NCBI GenBank assembly: GCA_964244895.1
Contig: CAXTKV010000135.1
Span: forward strand, 1 to 14,896
Direction of reading: 5' to 3'
Origin: an uncultured Deinococcales bacterium
GTDB lineage: Bacteria > Deinococcota > Deinococci > Deinococcales > JAAFIG01
DNA: 14,896 nt
Part shown: piece after piece, positions 14,763 through 14,896 of the stretch
Layout of the letters: each line of letters starts with the position of its first letter
Numbering within the stretch: position 1 is the first letter of the stretch
Program-made: the position numbers and the translations under genes
The notes under the pieces: model-generated
Databases searched by the model: none
Told to the model about the DNA's origin: nothing
What the model saw: only the letters and a program-made list of their open reading frames with translations

Positions 14763-14896
14763 GCGAGTAGCCCGATAGGTGCTCTTCCACGAGCAAGAAG
14801 CGCGAGTAGACCGGCAGCGATCCTGCCCGTGAGGTGCATGTTCAGGATCAAGAAGCGATCCTGCCCGTGAGGTGCATGTTCAGGATCAAGAAGCGA
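14760..14896 (+). repeat. 38-39-bp tandem repeat array running off the right edge; same family as 2348-2425
   Basis: A 39-bp unit at 14760-14798 and a partial unit at 14799-14815. Then AGCGATCCTGCCCGTGAGGTGCATGTTCAGGATCAAGA twice exactly (14816-14853, 14854-14891), and a third copy begins at 14892. Confidence 0.9.

Noticed and set aside
14760..14896. CRISPR array interpretation of the 38-39-bp repeats (also 2348-2425)
   Set aside because: Units are head-to-tail with no unique spacers, and there are no cas genes in the window.

Overview
GC-rich bacterial window, probably Deinococcota. That assignment is inferred from a leaderless-type TAGAAT promoter, a fused PxpB-PxpC and the regulator architecture. 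The left part has two minus-strand genes: a GAF-domain signalling protein running off the edge, absent from the ORF track, and a fused 5-oxoprolinase PxpB-PxpC. From about 2.3 kb to the end is an all-plus-strand cluster. In order it holds a 1047-aa STAND ATPase/TPR/wHTH-BTAD regulator, two paralogous Cys-containing hypothetical proteins, an FAD-dependent monooxygenase, an Ig-like/Fn3 lipoprotein, an unannotated 42-aa Trp-motif lipoprotein, a secreted fibre with an S74 chaperone domain, a small hypothetical protein, a SAM methyltransferase and a secreted cupin. The main unexplained signal is a pseudo-palindromic box (GAACAC-CGT-N5-ACG-GTGTTC) at most module junctions. It occurs as inverted pairs spaced exactly 35 bp (4 times) or 25 bp (2 times), one helical turn apart. 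The cluster is bracketed by a 65-bp direct repeat that leads into 38-39-bp tandem repeats. Working hypothesis: an undescribed regulon or module array controlling a surface fibre/lipoprotein system. All calls were made by eye and no database searches were run.
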